Shown in pieces: positions 52,452 to 64,000 of a DNA stretch of 64,000 nt. A program made the translations under genes and the position numbers. Source of the DNA: Carcharhinus amblyrhynchos (lineage: Eukaryota); NCBI GenBank assembly GCA_965287045.1, contig OZ336877.1, forward strand, positions 29,326,001 through 29,390,000, read 5' to 3'. Under the pieces are notes generated by a model, which saw nothing but the letters and a program-made list of their open reading frames with translations, was not told where the DNA came from and ran no database searches. Every line of letters begins with the position of its first letter. The first letter of the stretch is position 1.

Positions 52452-55229
52452 GAGTGCTATTCAATCACATGTGCAAACCTCACCCCTCAACAATGACCAC
52501 AAATATATATTTGGAAGCACCTCACCTCAAAATAAATTAGCGACACAAACAAGTTGCATAAAGTGAACAGATGGCCTATCATAAATCATAACCACATATG
52601 GCTGAAAGATTACTCTTCAGATACTGCACTTATTCTTTAATTTTAAAGTCTTTCATCAGCTGAGAATCTGGATTATACAGTCACACCAAAGCCAACGCTA
52701 TTTCATTTGCTGATAGGTATGTAACCTCCACCATTAGAGCTATACCTCTAAGCAACACCCCACCAACCACCCCCCCTCCAAACTCCCTCCCCAGTTACTC
52801 AGCCATGAGCAAACAAGGTTTCAAGGAGAGCACCAGTCTGGGATACAAAGAATCTGCACATCTCTATTTGAGTCTTGGCTCTGAATGGAAGGTCAACACA
52901 ATTATAGTTACCAACCTCTCGTGAATGGTCTTAGTTTATCTTTTCCTATAATTATGTAGTATCTTACCACAATGAACAATCACAATGCTTTGTAATTAGA
53001 AACATGTTGTAATTAAAACTATTTATTCGTGGAAATGAGCTGCTAAAAAGGTTTTCCAAGTTCTTGTACTAATCAATTTCCACTCCTCATTTTCTCATAC
53101 CCTGCCCAGTCTCCTCATAACTAGCTCTCATGAATGCTAGGACTTCAAAGATTTGACGCAAAATAATTGAGATTCTCAAAGTTGGTACTTCTCCATTGAA
53201 AGATATTTCATAAGAGTCTGCATTCTATTGACAAATACACAGAAACTTCTAAGAATAGTCAGTTGCAATTACTAGCTCAATCACAGAAGTCCTAAAAAGT
53301 TAGGAAAACACCTTGCAAACTAAATCCCAAATGATGCAGATGTGCCAAGCTAAAATTAAAAAGCTTGTAAACGTTTTGCATAGCATTTGTGAAAAGAAGT
53401 TGCAACTCAACATTTCAGGCAATGCTATTTGACATAGAGGTCTACAGCGCAGAAAAGGCCCTTCAACCCATCAAGTCTGTGCCAAAAACAGCCACTTAAC
53501 TCTTCAATCGCATTTCCCAGCACTTGGCCCATTGCCTTGACATCTCAAGTGCACACCAAAATACTTCTTAAACTTCCACTAGTGAGTTCCAGACTCCTAC
53601 TACCAAAGGAAAATGCTTGAAACATTACCTTGATGCTTCTCTCCAGATTCTGTACCTGACATGTTATGTGCTTCTAGCGTTTTTTGTTGTTTTTAATCCT
53701 GCATTTAACATGCACTACTTTATTTGGTTAGGAATAGAACTATAGAATTATAGCAAAATCAACCAATTGGAAAAGTATAAAGCACAATTGGAGATCAAAT
53801 AATCCAGGAAGGTCAAGTGATGTTGCATCAACAAGTCCATCAGGGTCAGCTAACTAGGTCACTGGTTGTAAAGCACTTTAGAAGATTCTGAGTGACAGCA
53901 TCGATAACACCAAGTGTTCAGCTCTGTCCATATTCTGTGGCTAACATTTTTCTGGCATTGAAATTCCTGAAGTTTACTGAGTGCATTACTTACAATGTAT
54001 AAAGTACTTGAACATTGCGCAATTTAAAACTGTTAATTTAAAGCACCCAAAGATGCAGGAGTTGCCTCCTCAGCATTTCTAATGCAATGAAAAATTGAAA
54101 TTAGCAAAGCACTCATGTGCCAATCAGCAGAAAAGCATGTCTCAACAAAAATACATATAACATATAGCTTTTGTGATAACGGACTACTGACTATGCAGAC
54201 ATCCAAGTTACTAATATTCTCTACAAATAATTACATAACTAAGTGATAAAATTTACATCTTCTTTGCTGAAGTAAGAGAAAATGTGGATAATTTATCAGC
54301 TTGCATCAAGTACTGAAGGGAATTGACAGGAGGAGCGCAGTTAGCATGCCATTTTTACCCCTCAATAAAGCTTTCACGAGGCAAAGTGATCATGTGTGTA
54401 AACGTCACAAGTTATAAAACGTAAGAATAAGTGTGACTTAAATGTTTGTAAGCAAATTTGAGCGCAATCCAGTTGTATTTGACTTCATGCGTGCCAATTT
54501 AATTGTATTAATCAAGCTGTGTTTATTTTACCTATACTTAAAAATTAATCTAATAAATTCCTAACAGTTGCCCAATTTAACTAGCCAATGGCAAAGTCTC
54601 CAATCTAGCAGACAGTAAGAACTATAGAAATAACTGCCACATAAAAAGTTTGCAAGTGACTTCAGTTAAGTCCACCACATTTCACCATGTTTTTCGTATT
54701 CCTTTGACCAAACATTCCAAAAATTGAATACATTTCTCAACCACCTTGACGAAAGCTTGTTTTTTGCTAAACAGAATTACCTTAAATCTGTGAATCAGGG
54801 ACCCAAAGGGAACCACTGCATAGACTGCGACACTTTAAAATATTAGGACCAGCAAATTCATAAATGTATCATCCACAAAAGCAAAGCTCTAACAGGATGC
54901 AACTTAAAAGAATATTCAGTCATTGACTACACTCAGAACTGCATTGCAACTCTGACTTCAAAACTGCCAGAGTTCTTGCTGCATTGTTTAAGATAACCTG
55001 AACAAAACATAAAATTAAATTTATATGTTCTACATAAAATGAGATCCCATTGTAATTCATGGCATCAGGAAGTACAGGTTTTTAATGCATGACAAGCATG
55101 GAAAGAGAAAGAGCAAACAGAAGATACAAGAAGCTGTCTATTTCCAATACGCAGTACCAAGGAGCAACTAGAACAATGCAATTTAACAAATAAGGAAATA
55201 CTTTCTCCTCATTTATAGTGCCAGCAAGT

Positions 55230-56250
55230 CAAAGCCCATGGAAAGAAAGGGAAAATGGCAGCAGAGGAACAAAACTGGCTGAGTGGCAGGAAAGAGCAGT
55301 GGTAAACTGTTGTTTTTCAGACTAGAGGAAGATACACAACAAGGTTCCCAAGAGTTAATATTCTGACTACTGCTTTTGCTCATCTATGTTAACTGAGACT
55401 TGCATGCACCGGGCACAATCAAATTTTGCAAATTTGCAACTTGGAAGTATTTGAACTGTGGAGGAGGGTAATGATGGAATTCAAGAGAATATATGCAAGT
55501 TGGTGAAACAGGCACATTAAATTTACTGCAAGTGTGAATTGATCATTTCTGGGAGGAAGAACAGCCAATAAAAAGGATACAATTCTGAAGGGGATGCAGG
55601 AATATAGAGACCTGAGTGTATGTGCACAAACTATTGAAAGTGACAAGGCAAAATGAGAAAGTGATTAAAAAGCTATATGTGATCCCTGTCTTATAAATAG
55701 TGTGCAAGAGCAAGGAAGTTTTGACAAACATTTATTAAACACTTGTATGGTCTCAACTGGAGGATTATATCCAATTCTAGGCACCACACTTTATTGAAGC
55801 CTTTAGGGAGAATACAAAGATTTAGAAGAATGATCCTAAGGCCTTCAGGTACGTGAGCAGATTGGAGAAGCAGGGATTGTTCTCCTTAGAGGTGCTTAAA
55901 GAGATTTGACAGAGCTGTTCAAAATCATGACAGGTCGTGACAGAGGGAAACTTTTTCCTTTAGAAGATTTAAAAATCAGCAGACACTGATTTAAGGTGAG
56001 TGGCAAAAGAACAAAGGTGATATGAGGAACACCCTTTTTTAAACTAGGTGAGTGGTTAGAATCTTAGATGCACTGCCCAAGAACCTGGCAGATTTAATCA
56101 TAGCTCTCAGAAAGGAAGGGGATAAGTAGCCAAGAGAAAATTTGCAGGCCAATGGCAAAAGGGCAGGGATGTGGGACTAACTGAGTTGTTCTTGCAGATA
56201 TGGAAACAGAACGAGCTCAAAGATGAATGACCTCTTGTGTTGTAGCTATT
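55230..56250 (+). mobile_element. Decayed CR1 LINE
   Basis: gagtggcaggaaagagcagtggtaaa, ggttccca, ccaattctaggcaccacacttta, gctgttcaaaatcatga. Confidence 0.75.
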
Positions 56251-57779
56251 CTGTAAAGTGACAGTTCACTCTACATATCCCATTAATATTTCCCTACGTT
56301 ACATAAATGAGCCTATAATTTGTATCTAAAATTTGCTGCAGCACTGTCATTCAAGTCTATGAATTGAGCGCAAATTTGTGGATGCAAGTTAAGCAGTATT
56401 AAATTTAGTATGAAAATTCAGACGCTTGCAGTAAATCAAACAATATGGGTGTAATTGCCATTGGGCCAAAAATACTCCTAAATTTTCACACAGGTTTGCT
56501 GACCTTATCTCAGTTGGAATTTTTTTGCAACAGAAGCATCAAGCAGCGACCAGATAGCTTAAAGAAATGCTTTGGACAGAGGGAAAGAAGGAGTAAAAAA
56601 AAATCAGAGGAGCCACCCACGGGTCAATGTGGTTCACCGCCAGAAGCAGAACAACTTCAGAATGCGTGGGACATGTGAAGACGTAGGAATCAATAAGATT
56701 AAGCCGGAAGATTCTTTTTCTGCCCTTCTAAAAATAGACGGCCTACTTTCACCCATCTAATAAATTGCAAACAATGTACATTGCCTGTACTTTTTAAAGA
56801 AACAAATGTCTAAAATTCTTTAACCAAATCACTTAGATGCAAGTCGAATGTAAATTTGATTTATTAAATTCAACTGGAATTACACCATATTGTAATACCA
56901 TCAAATTCAGCAATTGATCAAACATAGCAAAATCTGTCAATGAAATTCCTGTTATCAATGTCTTCATATCGCACCAAGAATCTTAACTTGAGAATGAAAA
57001 GATACGGGGAGTGGTTGAAAAAGTGACTGAAGAAGAGCAGTTGAGAAAGATGAAGTGAGGGAGATCAGTCATGATCGTGTTGAAAGATGGAGCACGACTG
57101 AGGGATTATAAGGTCTAAACTTGCTCCTACTTCTTATGTAGAACTCATGGAGAAAAGAGTCTGTCAAGCCAGACCAAAGTGACTAGTCAAAATGCATACA
57201 ATAACTATCTTACCAGATAACAAACTGAGCCACTTGGCATATCAAATATTCAGATTTCCCCAATTAACTATAACCTACATTTGCATTCACTGTGTCAACA
57301 CTAGCTCTAAGTACAACTGGTCAGTGAAAAGGTGAACTCCAGCAAAGTAAACACAACCACTTCATTTTGTCTTCGAAGGAGAATGCAAACACTTCACTTA
57401 GAACCAACCTTGTGCTTCTGTTGATAAAATTACTTATTTAATACAGCTTTAGGTTGCATTTCCACTGGGCATGAAAATCCAATTGCAAAACTTCAAGTGA
57501 ACAAGTGACTAACAAATTCTTGCCTTTAGTGGAGAGAGTAAAATGAGAAAAAATTACTGCTGGAACGTGTTAAATGCTTAGATTTTTGATAGCAGCAATT
57601 TGTTATAAACACCGCACAGGAAAACAGCAAGCACCAACAAGTAAAATGAATTTATTGAAGGCTTATAACAGTGTTAGAGAAATAAGTTGGGTAAATTGAG
57701 AGTGGAGACTGCTGATATTGCTATGCAGAAGGTGGACTGTATCTGGAAGCATTTATTCTAATAAGAAGGCAGAGAAGGG

Positions 57780-58645
57780 AATACCACTGACCAGACACTT
57801 AACAAGAGCAGCAATATAAATACTGTGACCCCAAGAGCAAGTCCGCGGCTGGGAAATCATCAGATAGTAACTTATCTCCCGATTCCCCAAAGCTTGACTG
57901 CCATCTACAAGGCACAAGTCAGAAGTGTAATGGAATATTCTCCACTTGTCTGGATGAGTGCACCCCCAAAAATACTCAAGAAGATCAACATCATCCAGGA
58001 CAAAGTACTCTCTTGATTGGCATCTTATCCATCACCTTAAACATTCACTCCCTCCACCACTGGCACACTGGCAGTAATGCATACCACCTACAAGATATAT
58101 TGCAGCCAAGGTTCCTTCGATGACATCTTCCAAACTTATAATCCCCACCATCTAGAATGACAAGAGTAGCAGAGGATGGGAACAGCACCACCTGCAATTT
58201 TTCCTCCAAGTCCACACACCATCCAGACTTGGAACCGTATTGTCATTTCCTCACTGTCACTGGGTCAAAATCCTGGAACTTCCTAACAGCACTGTGGTTT
58301 ACCTATACATTGTTTACCTACAAGCACTGTGGGTTTGATTCCCGGCTTGGATCACTGTCTGTGCAGAGTCTGGTTTCCTCCCCTGTCCAAAAGACTTGCC
58401 GGTTAGGTGCATGGCAATGCTAAATTCTCCCAAACAGGAGCGCAATGTAGTGACTAGGGAATTTTCAGAGTAACTTCATTGCAGTGTTAATGTCAGCCTA
58501 CTTGTGACTAATAAATAAAACTTAAATATTCCAGAATAAAAACATGGTTTACCTACATGGATTGCAACAGTTCACGTAGGCACCTTCTTAAGGGCAACTA
58601 GGGATGGGCAATAAATATTGGCTCAGCCAGCGAGTCATACTTCCC
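57780..58645 (+). mobile_element. CR1/L2-group LINE 3' part with a nested SINE (~58320-58520)
   Basis: IYKAQVRSVMEYSPLVWMSA (ORF 57825..58016); tail aagggcaactagggatgggcaataaa also seen at ~930-1080, ~19100-19280 and on the minus strand at ~18470. Confidence 0.75.
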
Positions 58646-59404
58646 TTTAATAAAAAAAATTCTGAGACAGCCGCAAAAGGTCCAGTGTTCTTTTCCATTA
58701 GTGAAAGAAGCATTTAGTTACTATGCCTTGGACTCTGCCTTTTCTTCTACCCTTCTTACTGTCCTCGTCACTACCTTCACTGCTGATGCTTTTCAGAGAC
58801 TGTGGAGCAAGCCCACAGAGATTCCAGAGATGAATTTTGAGGATGACAGGATACTAATCATGCAATCTGAATGACTTGGGAGTGGCTTGTGTGGACTGCA
58901 GCTCAGTTAAGAAGAATAATGGGATTTGATGAAGAAAAAATGTGGATTTCAGCTGACAGTAATGCTATGGACAAGTGACTGAAGTTCAGCTTAGAACACC
59001 AGGGGTTATGAACCTGTGGGTTCAATCTGCATGACATATCCCTGCAGGAATTTCAACCTAAGACACAAATTGAACAGCATGACTTCAGCAATGAAGCAAA
59101 ATTCTGACTCATCCAGAGTAGGGAGAACAAATGACAAAAACAACAGAATCTAGAATAAGATAAATAGGTAGCATTGGGAATTATCAGCACAGATCTGAAA
59201 ATTACCTCATGTTAGGAATGACCCCCACAGTTAGATGTTGCATCTTCACAATTTGGGGCAAACCAAGGATGAACATATCCAGGTCCAAGATGCCACCTCT
59301 AGTAAAACAGATGTTCCTATCTTATGTGCAAACCAAAGAAATTCCATAAAGTGACCTTATCTTTACAGCGAGGATTTTAAGTAATTGGAAAAACAAGCAA
59401 AAAC

Positions 59405-59625
59405 AGATTTTTTTTCCATGCAGAGAATGGTTACGGTCCGCCTGTGTGGGGTGGAGGCAGATTCAAAGAGAGCATTTAAAAGGGACTTGGACTATTATTT
59501 GAAAAGGGGTATGCAGGGTCACAGGGAGAAGGCAAGGGAATGGCACTGGGTGAATTGCTCATTCAGAGAGCAAATGCAGGCACAAGGGACCGAATGGCCT
59601 CCTGTGCTGTAATAATTCTATGGCT
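59405..59625 (+). mobile_element. CR1 3' fragment
   Basis: FF.QR.V...VEADS..AFKR.LD (ORF 59385..59612); gaatggcctcctgtgctgtaa tail. Confidence 0.75.
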
Positions 59626-61199
59626 CTGTGAAGAACACACAATTCATTAGCTAATTTGAGACTTCAGTGTGATTGTCCTGCTACTGACACAAAAGGTCAA
59701 TTTTTCAAAAAGAATTAAATTGATTTCACTGTCGTTTAGGAAAATTTAATACTGGCTTGGTAAAATTAGCTAATCCTGTATTATGTTACACAAAACATGG
59801 GTCACAGATTAAAACCACAGCATTCTTTTAACTGGTTGTATGATAAGAAACATATTACAACACGAAGAAAGATCATTAGTCTCCATTTTGTCAACCCAAG
59901 CAATTTTATAACGTTAAAATCTGCTGAGAATTTTATACCAAAATTTCAACTGTCCTCTGTCTTCAATTTGGTAAGTTTCATTTTCCCTCATTTTCTTCCC
60001 TGATCCCTTTCTTCAAAAGGGCAGCAATCCTCCTGTAATTTGCCAAACAGTTGCTCATCTGATAGCAAGTCAGTTAACTATACAAGGCCATTACTGCGTG
60101 GAATAAACAGATAAACCTCAACTGATTTTTGCCCTCTCTCCAAAGCTAGAAGCATCTAGGAGTTGAATTTTTCCTTTGAAACAAGCCTGACCAAATCAAG
60201 TTATGAAACATTCATAACCAAATAAAAATAAATCACAGTTTTAGTGTCTGCTTCTTTCAGTAAGGATTCTCAACATTCCAGGGAAGAAACATTTAAATGT
60301 AGTTGGTTTAACAGATTTTTAAAAATATTTCTAAATCATAATTTAGTTCAAGCGGCTGGATTGTAAACTCAATATGGCAGTATCAGGAAGAACATGGATG
60401 TTGAATTTAAATCAAATTTAAAAAATATAACCTGATCATATTACAAAAATCATGTTGAACATTCAGTATTGACTCAAATCTCTACAATTTTAGCCGTTGA
60501 TAAAATGTTATGCACCCTCAATTGGATCAAAACTGGTCTTAGAGGTCAATTCAGACGCCCCACGTTCGTTTACAGTATACAAGAAAAGGGCATCAACTAA
60601 TTTTACAGAACGCATATGGCAAATATTAGGTATACCACCATACAAACGTAGTTTCCAAACACAAAACATTTTTCCCCGAAAACCATACGATTTATATTCT
60701 TTAAAAAGAAAGCAAGATTCGAAATTCCTTCTACTCCTGAACACTGGAGACATCACGTCAGGAGCTGGTAAGGGGTAAAAACTGCCCCCATTGATGGGGC
60801 GGATGGAGCCGGGTGATCAATATGGGAGAAGCGTGGTGTAACTGGCTCGATACCCAAACATGGGGGGGTGGGGGCAACAATCACTCTACAAATGACGCAT
60901 CGGCCAACACAAACCTCTTTCTCAGAGTGACCAAGCTCCCAAAATATTCAACGCCAACATGTGCTTTTATTTCCGAAAAAATGTTTCATTGGAGCTGCTT
61001 CATCCTCCCATGTGTGAAGGGGAGTGGGGGGAGGAGAGAAAAAGGGAGTACGGACAAAATCTGGGGGCAGAGGCAACACGCTGATCGTGGATATGGAAAG
61101 GTTTTTTTCGCCTCATGTCTTTTGTGCTGTTAAACCAATTGGGAGACAAGTAGCCGTGTCTTCCCGGAACAATTGGCTCACCCCCTCCCCACCCAGCCA

Positions 61200-62080
61200 C
61201 CTACTTACCTACCTCTCTCCCAAGGGTGGCGAAGACTTTCTCGACCATCCCCTCCCTTCGCCGGGGGAAGCATTGTCTGCGACCAAAAAAAAACAGCCCT
61301 TCCGTTCCCTCCAGACTCGGACTCCCCCCACGGGGAACATCGGCCTTGATTTCCAACACCCTCCCCACAACGTCCCCCCCCCCAACCAAAAAAAAGTCCA
61401 AACCTCCCCCTCTCCACCCATCCCCCACCCCACAGGCCTCCCCAAGGCCTGGGGCCCCCCGCCGCTCACCTGTCGTTGAGCTGATCTTCGGTGCCCGGTA
61501 AGGGATGAACCACAAAGTGGATGGATGTCATGTTGGGGCTGGACAAGTGGGGGGAAGGAGGAGGAAAGGAGAAAGCGGCCGAACCCGCGCCGCGCCACCA
61601 CACACACAGGGAGGGAGGGGGGTGGGGAAAGGGAGGAATCAAAATAAATAAATTCGGATTTACAGGTTCAATCCCTCCTTTTTTTGTCCCAAACAGTTTT
61701 GGTTTTTTTTGTGCCGGGGGTTTATTAGTGCCAGGGGGTATTCAGGCGGCCGGCGGTGGATTTTTTTTTGACACCCGCCGCTTCAGCAAGCCGCTGCCGC
61801 CGCCGCCGCCATCTTACTGTTGACCAGCCCGCACCATCAGAGGAGCTCGCTCATTGGTCGCGCCCGCACGGCCAGCCGGCGGATGTGACGAGCTTTCCGA
61901 TTGGCCCGCCCGTCGGAACACCATTCCGGGGGGGCGGGGAGAGGCAGGGAGGACGGGATTGGCCGCCGGTCAAGTGACGCAAGGCCGCGCACGTGACTGC
62001 AGGTCAGCCGGGGGCCATTGTGAGGGGCGGACACGTGATAGAGGCAGGGACTGGAGCCACAGGGGGCAACTTCGGAGTGC
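61200..62080 (-). promoter_or_regulatory. CpG-island promoter and 5'UTR of UBR5
   Basis: GC/CpG-rich island in an AT-rich, CpG-poor background. Three minus-strand CCAAT boxes (61853-57, 61900-04, 61958-62), GC boxes (~61931, ~62024), CRE half-sites TGACG (61886, 61975), E-boxes CACGTG (61990, 62032), YY1-type CGCCATCTT (~61807-61815). No TATA box seen. Confidence 0.88.
61470..61531 (-). CDS. UBR5: UBR5 coding exon 1 (start codon): MTSIHFVVHPLPGTEDQLND(R)
   Basis: ATG at 61531-61529; the peptide matches the recalled vertebrate UBR5 N-terminus; 62 nt; donor AG|gtgagc. Confidence 0.97.
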
Positions 62081-62099
62081 ATCTGACCCTCAGTATCCA

Positions 62100-62870
62100 T
62101 GACATATATGTTATATTTAACATGTAAAACATATAGCACATACATAAAACATATATGTTATATTTAGCGTATAAAACATATAACCCATACATACAACAGA
62201 TAGCTATAGAAAACATATGTACGTATAACATACAAAACATATCTATAAAGTGTACAACAAAAACAGAAAATGCTGGAAAATCTCAGCAGATCTGACAGCA
62301 TCTGAGGAGAGCGAATAACATTTCAAATCTAGATGACCCTTTGTCAGAGCTATATAATGTTATATTTAACAAATACATCGAACATATATAAAACATAGTA
62401 CATATATGTAACATTTAACATATAAACCATACATATATAAACATGCATATAACATATGTTATTCCATTCCAACCCTTCAAGCCTATCCAACATTTTGATC
62501 ATTGATGATCATCAACTTCAATATCCTGATCCCCTCCATATCCCTTCATCCCTTTAGCCCCAAGAGCAATATCTAATTTCTTCTTGAAATCAGAAATGTA
62601 AAACATATATGCATATAACATATAACATATATACATATAACATTTATACAAGTTATAGATAACACACAACATATAAAAATATATATATAACGCATATAAG
62701 TATAACTTTTTTTGTTTAGTATTGTCATATATATTGGTATACAGTGAAAATGTGTAAGAACGTAGAAGAGAGTATGTCCAAGGTGCAAGGGGTTCTTGAT
62801 TATACTGGCTACTTTTCTGAGGCAGCAGGAAGAGTAGGCATGACATATATATACAAAACATATATATAAA
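62100..62870. repeat. AT-rich degenerate minisatellite (acatatatgttatatttaacat...aaaacat), interrupted by TE fragments
   Basis: Recurrent ~45-bp unit at ~62102, 62149, 62352, 62401 and 62605. Confidence 0.7.
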
Positions 62871-63005
62871 GGGAAAATACTGCCGATGCTCGAATCTGAA
62901 TCAAAAACAGAAAATGCTGGAGAAACTCAGCAGGTCTGACAACACCTGTGGAGAGAAAATACAGCCAGTGTTTCGAGTCAGGATGACTCTTCATCAGAGC
63001 TAAAG
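62870..63005 (-). mobile_element. Penelope-associated short repeat with a hammerhead ribozyme core
   Basis: Minus strand CTGATGA-A-GAGTC-atcct-GACTC-GAAA at 62997-62971; sister copies at 62259-62351 and 63630-63790. Confidence 0.7.
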
Positions 63006-63169
63006 GCAAAAAAATCAGATCAAATTTATACAATGAGGATTGAGAGAGTGCTGGAATTGGACAAGGGAATGTAAATGGTGATGATAAAGGCTGAGAAGGG
63101 TGCTAAGAGCGTCCATACATATAAGTTATATATAGTATATATACATACATAAATGTATTAAACATACAT

Positions 63170-63460
63170 ATTCTCTTCCACTTTCTTCTGTTGGGAAAAA
63201 GATACAAAAGTCTGAGATCACATATCAACCAACTCAGGAACAGTTTCTTCCCTGCTGCCATCAGACTTTTGAATGAACTTACCATGTATTAAGCTGATCT
63301 TTCTCTACACCCCATCTGTGACTGTAACACTATATTCTTCACCCTTTCCTTGCCTTCTCCCCTATGTACTCTATGAACAGTACGTTTTGTCTGTATCGAG
63401 CACAATAAACAATACTTTTCACTGTAACCCACACATGACAATAATAAATCAAATCAAAAA
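63170..63460 (+). mobile_element. Rex1/Babar-like LINE 3' end
   Basis: aacagtttcttccctgctgccatcagactttTGAA (NSFFPAAIRLL); (aaatc)n tail. Confidence 0.75.
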
Positions 63461-63804
63461 TCAATATCAAATAACCATGTATGTTTCCAGATTCTCCATC
63501 AGCCAGCCAACCAATCTAGGTCAACATCAGTGCAATGTAAAAGCTAATATAACCACCAAGAATAGCACAGAAAGGAATTGATAACCTTTTACAGGGAAAG
63601 ATCTTGTAACTTCATAAAAAATAATAACACAAAGTGCTGAAAGAGCTTACTGGAAAAGCAGATCTGGCAGTATCCATGGAGAAAGAAACAAGAGTTAATG
63701 TTTCAAATCCGATAAGACTCTTCTCCGGAACTGAAGAAGATCCTAAAGAACAATCATATTGGATTCAAAATGTTAACTCGTGTTTGTCTCTGAAAATGTT
63801 TTGG

Positions 63805-64000
63805 AGATGCCAGTGTTGGATTGGGGTAAACACAGTAAGAAGTCTCACAACACCAGGTTAAAGTCCAACAGGTTTATTTGGTAACAAAAGCCACTAGCTT
63901 TCGGAGTGCTTGCTGCCCCTTTGTCAGGTGAATGGGAGTTCTATTCACAAACAGGGCATATAAAGACACAAACTCAATTTATAAAATAATGATTGGAATG
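63805..64000 (-). mobile_element. Penelope-like element terminus (pLTR) running off the window
   Basis: Same terminus as 31686 and 20311-20350; degenerate hammerhead core cacCTGACAAA...ctccGAAAgctagtg at 63930-63892. Confidence 0.7.

Noticed and set aside
61000-62240. Many overlapping ORFs of 66-151 aa
   Set aside because: A by-product of GC-rich CpG-island composition; no recognisable protein apart from UBR5 exon 1
62100-62870. Repeat-spacer pattern reminiscent of a CRISPR array
   Set aside because: Eukaryotic low-complexity minisatellite with degenerate units; no cas genes

Overview
Vertebrate genomic DNA, most likely a shark or other elasmobranch, judged from HE1-like V-SINEs, abundant CR1 LINEs and a DeuSINE-like element. 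The window holds the CpG-island promoter and the first 17 coding exons of UBR5 (EDD, HECT E3 ubiquitin ligase) on the minus strand. The start codon is at 61531, all mapped splice sites are GT-AG, and the exons splice into one open frame of 714 codons (MTSIHFVVHP...LLRIDELQ) that includes the UBA domain. The gene continues past position 1. Introns and the upstream region are filled with decayed CR1, L2, RTE, Rex/Babar and Penelope-like retroelements, SINEs and a few MITEs. Most ORFs in the supplied track are spurious or TE fragments. I see no new protein-coding system. The best leads are: (1) Penelope-like short repeats carrying type-I hammerhead ribozyme cores, clustered upstream of the promoter, with related fold-back mini-insertions bounded by 12-bp TSDs; (2) two ~1-kb-range templated duplications; (3) a TISU/YY1-like uORF in the UBR5 leader; (4) candidate alternative splicing events. 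All family assignments come from recall of consensus sequences, not from database searches.
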